Source: an uncultured virus (IMG/VR IMGVR_UViG_3300021387_003647)
Taxonomy: Duplodnaviria; Heunggongvirae; Uroviricota; Caudoviricetes
DNA: 64,000 bases
Strand: one strand, 5' to 3'
Virus record (IMG/VR): IMGVR_UViG_3300021387_003647
Below the pieces are notes generated by a model. The model was not told the origin of the DNA, did not search any database, and saw nothing but the letters and a program-made list of their open reading frames with translations. A program made the translations under genes and the position numbers. Position 1 is the first letter of the stretch; every line of letters begins with the position of its first letter. Positions 63,765-64,000 of the stretch are shown piece by piece.

Positions 63765-64000
63765 TCATTTTAAATATTCGTCTTCGTTGAGCGAGAGATT
63801 GAATTCCGTCTCGTGCTCGTGGTCGTGAACCAGGTGCTGTGGGAACTTGTCTTCGGTCTTCTTGTGACACCCGACATAGATGCCGACATTGCCCGTCTGC
63901 ATCTGTTCAATGGAGCAATAGTAATACTCGTAACCTTCTGGAGTCCAGTACTCCGCCAACAATGCGTAGTTGCGCTTATGCTCGTAATAACTGATAGTGC
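63765..64000 (-). CDS. partial hypothetical protein
   Basis: Frame is open to the window edge. Confidence 0.5.
   Translation of the reverse strand, partial: TISYYEHKRNYALLAEYWTPEGYEYYYCSIEQMQTGNVGIYVGCHKKTEDKFPQHLVHDHEHETEFNLSLNEDEYLK

Overview
This window is a segment of a very large, T4-like (Lak-megaphage-like) bacteriophage, probably infecting a Bacteroidota host (Prevotella/Bacteroides-type TAnnTTTG promoters, a TonB receptor and HU_rel proteins). It appears to use a recoded genetic code with TAG = Gln. More than 20 in-frame TAGs split otherwise intact genes (DnaJ, TnpB, an SGNH esterase, an HD hydrolase, a nucleotidyltransferase), so many ORFs in the supplied track must be joined. The strongest finding is a candidate phase-variation switch. 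A tyrosine recombinase and three outward-facing late promoters lie between 37-bp inverted repeats (19344-19380 and 21392-21428). These are flanked by divergent paralogous genes that share an N-terminal module but carry different C-terminal enzymes (SGNH esterase versus alpha/beta hydrolase). A third paralog (metallophosphoesterase) sits at the window start. Also present are a TonB receptor-NadR-PnuC NAD+ salvage operon beside an NAD-dependent DNA ligase, an RNA ligase/HD-Pnk/HNH cluster plus Tpt1/KptA, and two TnpB elements carrying phage late promoters, one of which visibly interrupts a small gene. A ~3-kb four-gene module is duplicated in inverted orientation 37 kb apart. There are also 22-bp-periodic palindrome arrays, three promoter classes, baseplate and Mre11-like genes, and many hypothetical proteins. 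No tRNA, rRNA or CRISPR array was seen. All calls come from motif reading by eye; no searches were run.
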